The notes beneath the pieces were generated by a model. That model made no database searches. It was not told where the DNA came from and was given only the letters and a program-made list of their open reading frames with translations. 64,000 bases of DNA from Eledone cirrhosa (Eukaryota). Both the position numbers and the translations under genes were made by a program. Position 1 is the first letter of the stretch, and each line of letters begins with the position of its first letter. Shown here piece after piece: positions 1 to 13,118 of this stretch. The DNA is taken from assembly GCA_964016885.1 (NCBI GenBank), contig OZ024759.1:37138001-37202000 (forward strand), given 5' to 3'.

Positions 1-993
<993 letters not shown>

Positions 994-1144
994 GTGACGA
1001 AACATAAGTCAATTGCATGAACTCATAATCCTTTATTATATATTATATATATATACATATATATATATAGATATATATGTACATGTTATACTCCAAGACG
1101 TATATATATATATATATATATATATAAACGTTTGTATATGTATA

Positions 1145-1179
<35 letters not shown>

Positions 1180-1282
1180 CGATATAGGAAGTATGTGAGC
1201 TTCCTGGTTCGATCTGACTGTAAAAGTTCATTGTATCTTCTTGTTTCTGGATAATACTGTGAGAGGGACGCCACATTGAAGC

Positions 1283-1775
1283 TTCTCCTTATTCTTCTCC
1301 CTCTTATTCCTGGGAAGGTCGTGACGACAGATCCTCAAGAACGTCTTCCAGCCAATAATGTCAGAAGCAACCGTCTCCCGAGCAAGACTAACCAAGCTCA
1401 TGGATGTTATCTAACCATCTCGATCGAGGTCTACCCCTGGGTCTCCTGCCAGTAAAATATGTCCAGTGATTCTTTCCTGAGACATTCTAACCACATGTCC
1501 ATAGTATCAGAGCTGTGATCTCTCAATTCAGAGAAGTAACGACTCTACCTTGAGTGACTCTCTGATCTATCGAGTAACGTTCCTCTAAAATCTCTTCAGG
1601 GGGACCCCATTTTGGCCGCTTGTATTCCCGATCGTATTCTGTCGGTCATTACGTAAGATTCATAACCATAGGTAAGGTTTAACACAAATACCGAATTAAA
1701 GATAACGAGTTTGGTTTTTACACCTACCTCCACTTTTCGGATGACTGATTACTGAAGCTGCTGCACCAGCTTCTG
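1283..1775 (-). mobile_element. Degenerate 3' fragment of an RTE-clade (Expander-like) LINE
   Basis: Minus-strand translation gives KLVIFNSVFVLNLTYGYESYVMTDRIRSGIQAAKM, RESLKVESLLL*IERSQL*YYGHVVRM and RPRSRWLDNI, matching the RTE post-RT C-terminal motifs (LTYG.E.W, QLRWFGH..RM, GRPR.RW.D); stops and frameshifts present. Confidence 0.85.
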
Positions 1776-2686
1776 CAATTATTGCAGCTGATCTTTACAA
1801 AACTACCAATATTGGAGATGATATATATTGTCAAAGATTTATCATGTTTTTCCCATTAAAAAGCAATCTTATTTTTGCTTCTCGTAGTCCTTTCTTCCCA
1901 CCCTATCTCTCTCCTGTTTTTAAAAGTACTAGATACCCTGCTAATCTGTCATAGTTTACTAGCTCTATACGGACGTTTAAATTGATTAAATAAACAAATA
2001 CATACATAAGGTTAGCAGCTGGTTGTTTTATCTTTAATGTTATATTTATATTGCAATTTGTCCTTACTGGAAGTTGTTTGACCATATCCAAGTATCTACT
2101 TATGTTTTATTTTTCAACAAACAAGTGTGTTTGCTTCATTAATCAGACTTTCTCTCTCTCTCTCTGTCTGTCTGTCGTTCTATCATCTATCTGTCTACCT
2201 ATCTATCTATCCACCCATCTATCTATCTGTCTATCTAATCCAGCCATCCATCTTATCTATCTATTTCTCTCTCCTTCCGTTTCCCCAAACATCTGTGATA
2301 AACCAAGCGGTCAGTACAACACGGTAAAGATCTAAAACAACAAGCAAAAGAACCAATAAAAATAAATAAAACAGAGCTGCTAATGGTCATTACATATGTT
2401 TGGCCATTTTTAAAATCTTTTTCGCCCTTTCATTTATTTTTTCTTTTTTTTTTCGGAGTAATTTTAAACAACTATTTTGCTACAAGTAAGTCCGTACACT
2501 CTTTAATGTGAGGAGGTGTGAAAGATGTGTAGGAATTCTGATATGTTTAATTTTACGAATGTTAACGCTGTTGTTTTTGTTTGCCAAACATCTACTTTTA
2601 TCGAGCATCCCGCCTTTTATTTGTATGATTCTCGCCGCCACCGGTGATGGCTAAAACTAAATCATACTAAAGGAACGTAAGTGTAA

Positions 2687-3140
2687 CTGAGACGGCTCAT
2701 CGTAGCCAGGGACTAAAGTATAACTGAGACGGCTCAATATAGCTAGAGAGGGAAACCTGAGACGGTTCAACATAGCTAGGGACGAAAGCCTGAGACAGCT
2801 CAACATAACTAGGGAGGAAAGCCTGAGACGGCTCAACGTAGCTACAGAGAAAAGCCTGAGACGGCTCAACGTAGCTAGGGAGGGAAACTGAGACGGCTCA
2901 ACATAGCTAGGAAGGAAAGCCTGAGTCAGCTCAACGTAGCTAGGGAGGGAAACTGAGACGGCTCAACATAGCTAGGAAGGAAAGCCTGAGTCAGCTCAAC
3001 GTAGCTAGAGACGAAAGCCTGAGACGGCTCAATATAGCTAGAGAGGAGAACCTGAGACGGCTTAACATAGCTAGGGAGGAAACCATAGCTAAGGAGGCTC
3101 ACCCTAGGTAGGGAGGAAAGCCTGAGACGGTTCAACATAG
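2687..3140. repeat. Minisatellite, ~33-bp unit (cctgagacggctcaacatagctagggaggaaag), ~13 copies
   Basis: ctgag recurs at ~2687, 2724, 2757, 2790, 2823, 2856, 2888, 2921, 2953, 2986, 3019, 3052, 3122. Confidence 0.93.
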
Positions 3141-3250
3141 ATACGTGTCTTTCGAAGGCTCAGTAACTTTACATGTTAATCCAACGAACAGACTGTTCGT
3201 TGGATTACACAACTGGAACAGGAATCATCGTAGAAACCGACTGAGGTCCC
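3141..3250 (+). mobile_element. SINE-like interspersed repeat fragment (same family as 11270-11505)
   Basis: Shares tacgtgtc/tacacgtgg ... cagactgttc/caggctgctc ... caactggaaca ... catcg ... ccgac/tcgac with 11390-11500. Confidence 0.6.
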
Positions 3251-3943
3251 TATGTGAGTCGCGTCCCATCAAAACAAAGAAGAATTAGTGAACCGAGGCT
3301 GTGATATCCTTCCAATTCCCACGTGGAATTATGTCATAATGACTTTTATCATTAATTAATAGTAATGATGACGATGATGATGATGATGATTATAATGGTG
3401 GTGGTGGTGTTGTTGTTAGTGTGGTGGTGGTGGTGGTGTTGTTGTTAGTGGTGGTAGTGGTGGTGGTGGTATAGTGGTGTTGTTGTTGGTGGGGGTTATG
3501 GTGATGGTGGTGTTAATGGATTTGGCGAATAGTATAAAAGATGATTTCTTGCTTTGACCCCGTCCCCCATCCTACACCTCGTCACGGTACTGTTACTTCT
3601 AGAACGTCTACTACACCACCACTACCACCATCACCCTTGATGCCACCACCACTACTACCTCCTCCGCCACAACCACCCCTGTCACCGCTATCATCATCAT
3701 TGCTACTCTACTACCACTACTTCTACTACCACTACTACTACTACTATCACCCCCTCCCTCGTACCACCGCCACTATCCCAACGTCGCCACCATCACTATC
3801 ACCACTACCACCATACCACCACGAACACCACCACCACGAACATCACCACCACTACCTCCTACCCCGTCTCCACCCGTATCAGATTCTCATCTTCCGACCT
3901 CATAATCTTCAACTTGAGGAACCGTTAATAGAAGTTTTTGGCT

Positions 3944-3988
3944 GGGTCAGCTGTAAAAGGTCAGATGGGGTCAGGCGAGGTCAGGTCA
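3944..3988 (+). promoter_or_regulatory. Cluster of five RGGTCA nuclear-receptor half-sites including two overlapping DR4 elements
   Basis: gggtca(3944), aggtca(3958) gatg gggtca(3968) ggcg aggtca(3978), aggtca(3983). Confidence 0.4.
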
Positions 3989-4073
3989 TTTACGTCTCTC
4001 CCTTATAAACACCACCACCACCACTACCATCATCCTTCGCCCTTATACTAAGGTATCTTGGCAAATAGTCAGA

Positions 4074-4380
4074 TGACCACCACTACTACAACTAACACTA
4101 CCACCACCACTACAACTAAGACAACCACCACCACCACTACAACAACCACCACCACCACTACAACCACCACCACCACTACAACCACCACCACAACCACCAC
4201 CACTACAACTAACACTACCACCACCACCACAACCACCACCACCTCTACAAATAATACAACTACCACCACCACAATTAACACAACCACCACAACACAAGCA
4301 TCACTATCACCACCACCACCACCACTAAGAAGACGACCACCACAACTACCGCCATGACACCACCACCACTACCATTATCA
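4074..4380. repeat. (ACC/ACA/ACT)n triplet low-complexity tract
   Basis: Direct reading; source of the poly-T/poly-V pseudo-ORFs. Confidence 0.9.
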
Positions 4381-5452
4381 ACACCATCGATATCCTATTA
4401 TAAATTTCTCAATCTCTAATTCTTCATAGATATGGTAGACATCACCACCAATTCCACCAGCACCACCATCATCTACCACCTACCACCCTCCCCCACCATC
4501 TACCACCACTCCACCACCACAGGACCACCGTTATTCCATCAAACCCTTCTCCAGTGGTCTTAGAGAGACAACATATGGTGGCCCCTTTCTTTCCATTCTC
4601 TTACAACAGATCCTCTCTAATGTAGTTTCAATCCCATCAAGTCTCCCTATATCAGATATAGTGGCCGGGCACTTTTCTACATAGAAACCCTTTCTACAAA
4701 CACACACATATACACATATATATATATATATATACCTGTCACTTTTTTCTTCTTTTCCTTGTCTTCCATCTTATCTATATCTCTCTCTCCTTGCTGACAC
4801 CCTGGCCTATATATATAGATATATACACACACACAAACACAATCCCCCCTCACACATACAAACAATCCCACCTCGCACACACACACACATAAACACAGTG
4901 CCCCCTCGTACACACAATACCCCCCCCCCCACTCTCATACCCACGTCTCCTCTCCACTCTCCCCTTATCTCAGGTCTATTGTTCTCCTTCTTTCGCTATA
5001 ATTCGAACCTGCGATGTCCTCCTATGGACGTCCTCTCGAGATCTTTATCACAGCAGGACAGGAAATTAATGTAGGACAATGATCTGGCTTCGTGTAACTA
5101 CCACCAGCATCAGCAGCAGCGCTACCATCACAAACAGCACCAACAACACCATCGCCACTGATACACCATCTAACACACACACACACACACACGACCACCA
5201 CCACCACCGATACACCAGCTACCACCAACACCATCAACACTACCACCTCCACCACCATCCACCAAAATCACAGCTACACCATCCACCAAATAAACAATAG
5301 ATGATAAGAACTACATGGGTCAGAGTGGCTTCTATGACTGATCTACGCATGCGCAATCCAGATACTGGGGCCAGTTAAGGAAGAACACGTATAGATACAG
5401 AAACATAAGCACGTGTACACTTATGTCTGTCTTCAGTCGTCAGAATGATTTA

Positions 5453-5513
5453 TTCATTCTGACGACTGAAGACAGACACAGCATCTGCCTTCAAGAAACC
5501 ACTGGTAAATGAA
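5453..5513 (+). ncRNA. Type I hammerhead ribozyme motif (Penelope/retrozyme type)
   Basis: Stem I ttcatt(5453-58)/aatgaa(5508-13); core CUGACGA 5459-65; stem II tgaag.caga/tctg.cttca; GAAA 5495-98; stem III ACC-act-GGU; cleavage triplet GUA, cut after 5507. First stem II pair is a C-A mismatch. Confidence 0.75.
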
Positions 5514-5599
5514 ATAATTATCTTATGTTGTTTATTACATAACTATATATATATATAAATATATAAACAAATGAAAAATCAGTGATGCAACTAGACTTA

Positions 5600-5799
5600 G
5601 TTTATTGCGTGTTACAATTGTTTCGCCGGCAGACAGCTCGAGGCATGATCAATGTGTGAATCTGCCTGATTCTACGGCTGCAGGTTCTTCGGACACATGC
5701 AATGCTTTCGGAGCAAATTTTCTCACTGGGGTTTTAGCTTCAAAAAAACACCTTCAAAAAACATCTTCCACTCTTGCCGTGCCATTGGCCCGCATCTGG

Positions 5800-5810
<11 letters not shown>
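5600..5810 (-). mobile_element. Penelope-like element 3' remnant with a degenerate long-stem-II hammerhead (5606-5697)
   Basis: Minus strand: tgtgt CCGAAGA [~61-nt stem II hairpin] GAAA C aatt G UA acacgc, then AATAAA. Upstream frame reads [20 protein letters not shown], loosely like the GIY-YIG C-terminal R..E..FI..LKP motif. Confidence 0.6.
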
Positions 5811-5856
<46 letters not shown>

Positions 5857-6221
5857 CATAATATATATATATACATACATATATATATATATGTATATAT
5901 ATATACACACATACATATATTTATATATATACACACATACACTTATAGACACACAGTCTTATGTTTTCTGTTTGCCGCCATCTTGACAAAGCTGTGACCT
6001 CACTTCCTGTCGGTGTTCAATGAAGCGACATATCCCAATCTACAACCTCTCCACCTCCGACCATCCATAACAATCACCGACACTTTCCATATGATTTTTC
6101 CCTACCAGATCGAAGAACATAGCTTCGATCTAATTCCATTCCGTCATCTTCTATTTTTTTTTTTTAGTATTTTCGTTCTTTGATTTTTCTTTATATATAT
6201 ATATGCGTGTGTGTGTGTGTG

Positions 6222-6266
<45 letters not shown>

Positions 6267-6904
6267 TTATATATATCTGTGTGTCACTTTATATGTGCAA
6301 ACAAGTGCAATGGAGCTATATATAAATATAATCGCTTATGTATGGATGTATATGTATATATATATATGTATATATGTGTGTATATATATGTGTATATGTA
6401 TGTATATATAAATATATATGTATATATAAATATATATGTATATATAAATATATATGTATATATATATATATTTATATATAAATATATATATACGTATATA
6501 TACACATACATATATATATACACATACATATATATATATATACATATATATACACAAATATATATATACATATATATACACATACATATATATATACGTA
6601 TATAAGTATATATATATACGTATATGTATATATATATACATATATATATGAAGTGTGGAGGGGTGGGAGGGAGCAGATCGAAGTTTCTCAAAAATCCAAA
6701 TTAATATCGTTCCTGATTGAAAGGAGAGAGTGAGGGGGAGGGGAAGGAAGGGAGGGGGAGGGGAAGGAAGGGAGGGGAAGGAAGGGAGGGGAAGGAAGGG
6801 AGGGGGAGGGGAAGGAAGGGAGGGGGAGGGGTATGTTAGTGGGTTAGAATTAGATTGATAGAGTAGGAGAGTGGGGGGAGGAGGGGTTAGAAAGGGTAAA
6901 GGAG

Positions 6905-7880
6905 TGTGTGTACGTCTATGACTGCGTGTGTATGTGTACTTGTATGCTTGTGTGTGTATGTGTACTATATGATTGTGTGTGTGTAGGTCTATGACTGTAT
7001 GTGTACGTTTGTGATTGTATATGAGTGTAAGTACGTGTATGCCTGTGTGTACGTCTATGATTGTGTGTACGTGTATGACTGTGTACGTGTATGACTGTGT
7101 GTGTGTGAACGTCTATGATTGTGTGTACGTGTATGACTGTGTACGTGTATGACTGTGTGTGTGTGTGTGAACGTCTATGATTGTGTGTACGTGTATGACT
7201 GTGTACGTGTATGACTGTGTGTGTGTGAACGTCTATGATTGTGTGTACGTGTATGACTGTGTACGTGTATGACTGTATGTGTGTGTGTGAACGTCTATGA
7301 TTGTGTGTACGTGTATGACTGTGTACGTGTATGACTGTATGTGTGTGTGTGAACGTCTATGATTGTGTGTACGTGTATGACTGTGTACGTGTATGACTGT
7401 ATGTGTGTGTGTGAACGTCTATGATTGTGTGTACGTGTATGACTGTATGACTGTATGTGTGTACGTGTATGCCTGTGTGTGAATGTGTGTGTGTACGTGT
7501 ATGCCTGTGTATGACTGTGTACGCGTATGTGTGTATGTGTGTACGTGTATGTGTGTATGACTGTGTACGTGTATGCCTGTGTATGACTGTGTACGTGTAT
7601 GCCTGTGTATGACTGTGTACGTGTATGCCTGTGTATGACTGTGTACGTGTATGCCTGTGTATGACTGAGTGTACGTGTATGCCTGTGTGTGTACGTGTAT
7701 GCCTGTGTGTGTCTACGTGTATACCTGTATGTGTGTGTATATGTACGTGTATGCCTGTATGTATGTGTACGTGTGTGTATGTATGTGTACGTGTATGCCT
7801 ATGTATGTGTGTGTATGTGTACGTGTATGCCTGTGTATGTGTACGTGTGTGTATGTATGTGTACGTGTATGCCTGTGTAT
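6905..7880. repeat. Compound minisatellite built on gtgtacgtgtatgact/gcct units with a ~57-61 bp higher-order period
   Basis: gaacgtctatgattgtgtgtacgtgtatgactgtgtacgtgtatgact repeats ~6 times over 7107-7450. Confidence 0.92.
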
Positions 7881-8531
7881 ATATTATAGAGAATGTGAAG
7901 TAGAGAGGAGGGCAAGCCCTAGGTCTGATCTATTATCTGTAGAAACCATTCCAGTTTCTGTGAGGAGTTCACTTCAATCCGTCAACGAACAATCTTCACA
8001 CAAAATGATACTCGACAGCCAGGAGGAGCGGGGGTGTGGTGTGGTGGGAGGTCGGGTGGAGTGGTGTGGTGTGGTATCTTGGTGGTGTGGTGTGTTTTGG
8101 TAGGGGGTCGGGTGATGGTGGAGTGGTGTGGTGTAGTATTTGGGTGGTGGTGTGGTGTATTTTGGTAGGGGGTCGGATGGTGGAGTGGTGTGATGTGGTA
8201 TCTAGGTGGTGGTTTGGTGTTGGTTTTGGTAGAGCCGTGTGGTGTTGGTGGAGTGGTTTCTGTTGGTTTGGGGAGAGCCGTGTGGTCTGGTGTTGTTGGT
8301 GTTGGTGGAGCCATGTTTTCTAGTGCTGGTGGTGTGGTGTTGGTAGAGTGGTTTGGTGGAGGTGGAGCCGTGTGGTGTAGTGTTGGGGTTGGTGGAGTCG
8401 TGTGTACTAGTGGTGGTGGTGTGGTGTAGTGGTGTGGTGTAGTGGTGGTGTGGCAGCTCTGTTGAATCGGACGAAATTAATCAGACATCCTAACTCGTTT
8501 TCCCGCTTACCCCCCCCCCCCCGCTCACCCC

Positions 8532-8562
<31 letters not shown>

Positions 8563-8616
8563 CACGTGTGTCTGTATGTGACTACATATATATATATGTG
8601 CGTGCATCTATCTATC

Positions 8617-8647
<31 letters not shown>

Positions 8648-8859
8648 ACATGTATTCACACACACATATGCATGGGTTCATATACAAATTACATATTCAC
8701 ACACAACACATGACACCAAAAGCTACATATATACACACATACATAAATCACATACAGGACCAAATAAGGGACCTCTTGGTGGTTAATGTATTGCTAGAAA
8801 AAGAAGTTGAATCTCAGCCTTCTTTAATGGGTCTTTTAAAATATAAGAACACCCTAAAT

Positions 8860-9052
8860 AACTGTTTCTACTTTTGGCACAAGGCCAGCAATTACCCCAG
8901 TGTATTACTGGTACTTTATTTTATCGAACCCGTAAGGATGAAAGGCAAAGTTAACCTCGGCGGGATTTGAACTCAGACCGTAAAGGGACGTAACTCTATG
9001 CTACAAGGCATGGCATCCTACCCTCCACCGATATTGCTAAACCACCACCCTA
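8860..9052 (-). mobile_element. tRNA-derived SINE (family 1), near full length
   Basis: Minus strand has A-box-like tagcaatatcgg, B-box gagttcaaatcc, central gcctttcatccttacgggttcgataaaataaagtaccag (resembles the Meta-type SINE core) and tail ggccttgtgccaaaagtagaaac; multiple copies in window. Confidence 0.85.
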
Positions 9053-9063
9053 CCCTAAATAAC

Positions 9064-9190
9064 AATGGTTTATGATTTTGGCACAAAGCCAACAATTTGG
9101 GGGAGGGGAAAGTCAATTAAACTCACACCAGTGTATTACTGGTACTACAGCTTATTGACTTCGTAAGATTGAAAGACAAAGCTAACCTGG
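9064..9190 (-). mobile_element. SINE family 1, partial second copy
   Basis: ttttggcacaaagccaacaat ... cagtgtattactggtact ... gaaagacaaagctaacct matches 8873-8958. Confidence 0.75.
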
Positions 9191-9191
9191 T

Positions 9192-9595
9192 TTGGGTGGT
9201 GGCGTGAGTGGTAGTGAGCGTGGTGGTATGGGTGGTGGTGTTAGTGCTAGGATGGGGGGGGTGTTAGTGGCAGGATGGGGGGTATGGGTGGTGGTGTTAG
9301 TGGCAGGATGGGGGGGTATGGGTGGTGGTGTTAGTGGTAGTGAGCGTGGTGGTATGGGTGTTAGTGGCAGGATGGGGGGTGGTATGGGTGGTGGTGTTAG
9401 TGGCAGGATGGGGGGTGGTATGGGTGGTGGTGTTAGTGGCAGGATGGGGGTGGTAAGGGTGGTGGTGTTAGTGGCAGGATGGGGGGTGGTATGGGTGGTG
9501 GTGTTAGTGGCAGGATGGGGGTGGTATGGGTGGTGGTGTTAGTGGCAGGATGGGGGGTGGTATGGGTGTTAGTGGTAGGATGGGTGGTGGTATGA
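9192..9595. repeat. G-rich ~35-36 bp minisatellite (ggtggtgttagtggcaggatgggggtggtatg)
   Basis: About 9 tandem units, direct reading. Confidence 0.9.
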
Positions 9596-9876
9596 GTGGT
9601 AGTGAGAGTGGTCGTGTGAGTGTGTTAGTATAGGTAGTGGTTTGGGTGGTGGTTTGGGTGGTAGTGTTGGCATAATAACATTAATGAGAAATATTGTGAA
9701 AAGTTGTGGGTGTGCACGGTTGAGCGGTTTGGAGTAATGGAGCGGCACGTGTCGATCTGTTGCTCATGTAACCTTCATATATATACATATATATATACAC
9801 AGACTGACATACACGCCACACACTCACATATATACATACACGCACATACGCATGTATATCTGTGTGTGTGTGTGTG

Positions 9877-9908
<32 letters not shown>

Positions 9909-9920
9909 TGTGTGTGTGTA

Positions 9921-9953
<33 letters not shown>

Positions 9954-10274
9954 GTGTATGTGTATATGTGTGTATATATGTATGTATATATGTGTGTATG
10001 TATATGTGTGTATGTATATGTGTGTATGTATATATGTGTGTATGTATATGTGTATGTATATGTGTGTGTATGTATATATGTGTGTGTATGTATATATGTG
10101 TGTGTATGTATATATGTGTATGCATGTATGCGTATATATATATATGTATGTATATAAATGTGTATATATATATATGTAGATGTGTATATATATATGTGTA
10201 TATATATGTATATATGTACATATATATGTGTGTGTGTGTATGTATGTATATATATATGTGTGTGTATATATATG

Positions 10275-10322
<48 letters not shown>

Positions 10323-10560
10323 TACATACAAGATTTTCAGACATATTGTTGATGGTAGAATGTTTAATATTTGTCTGGTAGAGTTATTGATTATAGAATA
10401 TTGAACAGTCACTAATGGTATATCTTAATTGGTAGAATGTCAATGGATGCCGTTGGTCTTGGAAGTTTTGTGGTGGTAAATGGAGGTTGATGGAACCCTT
10501 ATAAACCACATATTTAGTAAATAGTCCGTCATGGCCTGCTCACTATTTATACAGTGTCAG

Positions 10561-11013
10561 TGGAGACTTCTTGTGTCCTTGGCCCTAGGGCCACCTCCCT
10601 ACTCATCATCATTAGTACCCCGTAGCAATGGAGACTTCTTGTGTCCTTGGCCCTAGGGCCACCTCCCTACTCATCATCATTAGTACCCCGTAGCAATGGA
10701 GACCTCTTGTGTCCTTGGCCCTAGGGCCACCTCCCTACTCATCATCATTAGTACCCCGTAGCAATGGAGACCTCTTGTGTCCTTGGCCCTAGGGCCACCT
10801 CCCTACTCATCATCATTAGTACCCCGTAGCAATGGAGACCTCTTGTGTCCTTGGCCCTAGGGCCACCTCCCTACTCATCATCATTAGTACCCCGTAGCAA
10901 TGGAGACTTCTTGTGTCCTTGGCCCTAGGGCCACCTCCCTACTCATCATCATTAGTACCCCGTAGCAATGGAGACCTCTTGTGTCCTTGGCCCTAGGGCC
11001 ACCTCCCTACTCA
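10561..11013 (+). repeat. 68-bp tandem array, ~6.6 near-identical copies, each with a 14-bp palindrome tggccctagggcca
   Basis: Units start at 10561, 10629, 10697, 10765, 10833, 10901, 10969; one C/T variant site (gacttc/gacctc). Confidence 0.97.
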
Positions 11014-11135
11014 CCACCATCAGCACAGAATTGGCTACCCGTAAGTGTGAGCCTTGCGAGCTGGAATGGCTCTTCCAGCGCGTCTCCCTCGCCATCTTCC
11101 GGGGAAACGCAGAGCTGGAGAGATGGAGGCAGTGA
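10959..11135 (+). mobile_element. CRE-clade-like non-LTR retrotransposon, C-terminal restriction-like endonuclease region
   Basis: Translates PVAMETSCVLGPRATSLLTTISTELATRKCEPCELEWLFQRVSLAIFRGNA, matching the P.A.ET.G..G ... FQR.S.AI.RGNA signature of CRE-type ORF ends. Confidence 0.8.
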
Positions 11136-11269
11136 CAGTGGGTGTTTGGTTCCTTTGTGTCCAGACCTGGTGTATATGTATGTTTCACAGTCACACACTC
11201 CCAGAGGTCATTGTATCAGTGACATAATATCTTCAACCAGCTGCTGAACACGTAACACTTTCTACTCGA

Positions 11270-11505
11270 ATGAAATTGTGAGTGAAATTTGGTAAACGTA
11301 GACTATATAGAAGCCCGTCTGGTGAACTGTACTTGGGATTCACAGGGTCAGCCTCGTCTCACAGTGCAACATGCTGGATCTCCATAAGATGGGTACACGT
11401 GGTTATGGAATGCTTGGCCACTGATACACGGATTTAATGAGCAGGCTGCTCTGTTGTTCGAACAACTGGAACATCCATCATCGAAATCGACGGAGATCCA
11501 TCCCA
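11270..11505 (+). mobile_element. SINE-like interspersed repeat (family 2)
   Basis: cagggtcagcctcgtctcacagtgcaacatgctgg ... gagcaggctgctctgttg ... caactggaacatccatcatcg ... gacggag; homologous to 3141-3250. Confidence 0.6.
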
Positions 11506-12091
11506 GGGTTAACACAATTATTGTTAACGGCTAAGATTGGTAAATGACAGAAGGAAAGAGATAGAGAGGGAGAGAGAGAGAGGGGGGAGAGGGAGGAATT
11601 ATCTATACACCTGTCCTTTTCACCCTAAATATCTTCTTTTCCTCTCATTCTTTATATCTTTCCTTCTCTCTCTCTCTGTCTCTCTCTCTCTCTCTCTAAC
11701 GCTCCCATTTTCTATCTCCCCCTCTCTCTCTCATTCATTTTCTCTCTTTTTTCTCTCTCTCTCTCATTTTCTATCCTTTTCCTTCTCTCTCTCTCTCTCT
11801 CTCACACACTCTTTTTCATTTTCTATATTTTTCCTTCTCTGTCTCTGCTTCCCTCTCTTTCCTTCTATTCTCTCATTCCCTGTTTCCTTCGCTCTCTCCT
11901 ATCTATCTCTCCCTCTCCTCTCCTCTCTCCTTTCCTCTCACCCACCTCCCTCCATTTTCTTTCTCTCGTTTGTTTGTGCGGCTTAAGATCAAGATTATTC
12001 TTTAATCGAAATAGAAAGACAGAGTGCGAGATGACCCCGATTAGAAACGAAACTTATTGACCAGCTCCGACAACGCCTCCATCACCTTTAC

Positions 12092-12122
<31 letters not shown>

Positions 12123-12805
12123 CCTGATATAAGAATAGGAAGGAGAGGAAAGTTCGTACTAACAACACTAAATGTAATATCCAACAGTTTAGGCAGTGTA
12201 AAGTGATCAAAGGTTCCTCAGCGTATATGCTGTGTGTTTGTGTGTATGTTAACGTACATGTATGAACTCGCAAGTATGGGTGCGTATGTAAGACGCCGAA
12301 GTGTGTGAGTTCGTGCGTAAGATATAAGATGCAGAAGAGGGCGCATGCGTGTGTGTGGACGTGTTTTCGTTTGAGGGAAGATTACTGCACTTGTCCTCCA
12401 TGACCTCCTGATTTCTTAACACTTCCGGTGTGATGAGGTTTTGGAGGTGCGTTGTATGAGGTGAGTTGGTGGTGTGTATGTATGTATGTGACGGTGTGCG
12501 ACTCTCTGTGCGGCTAAGTCTCCTATGGGACATGGGTATAAGATATGGTATACCTGTATATGTATATGCCTATATACATATATATATGCAAGTATGTATG
12601 TATATGTATATATATGTATGTGTGTATGTATGTGTGTATATATATATGTATATATGTATATATGTGTGTATATATATATACACACATATATATATGTGTG
12701 TATATATATATACACACATATATATATTGTTATATAAATCATTGGCATTTATGAACACATATATATGTGCATATATTGATATAAATACATATATATATAT
12801 ATATA

Positions 12806-12856
<51 letters not shown>

Positions 12857-12925
12857 CATGTATAAACTTTCTTCTTGACAGACGTGTGAGAACTGTACTT
12901 ATGTATACTTATCTATACATACATG

Positions 12926-12969
<44 letters not shown>

Positions 12970-13086
12970 GCACACACATATATATACATACATACATACT
13001 CACAAGGAGATATATGAATAGATATTTAGTGTTCTGTGTATGTATATATCCATGAAATAACTTCACAATGGTAACTGCGTAACACA

Positions 13087-13118
<32 letters not shown>

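Noticed and set aside
2687-3140. CRISPR-like appearance of the 33-bp array
   Set aside because: Units are contiguous with no unique spacers, no cas genes, eukaryotic context.
5605-5997. 130-aa + strand ORF with a unique-looking N-terminus
   Set aside because: Antisense to the hammerhead/PLE remnant and runs into TA repeat.
10561-11013. Palindrome-containing 68-bp repeat as a CRISPR array
   Set aside because: The whole unit is repeated identically, and it derives from LINE coding sequence.
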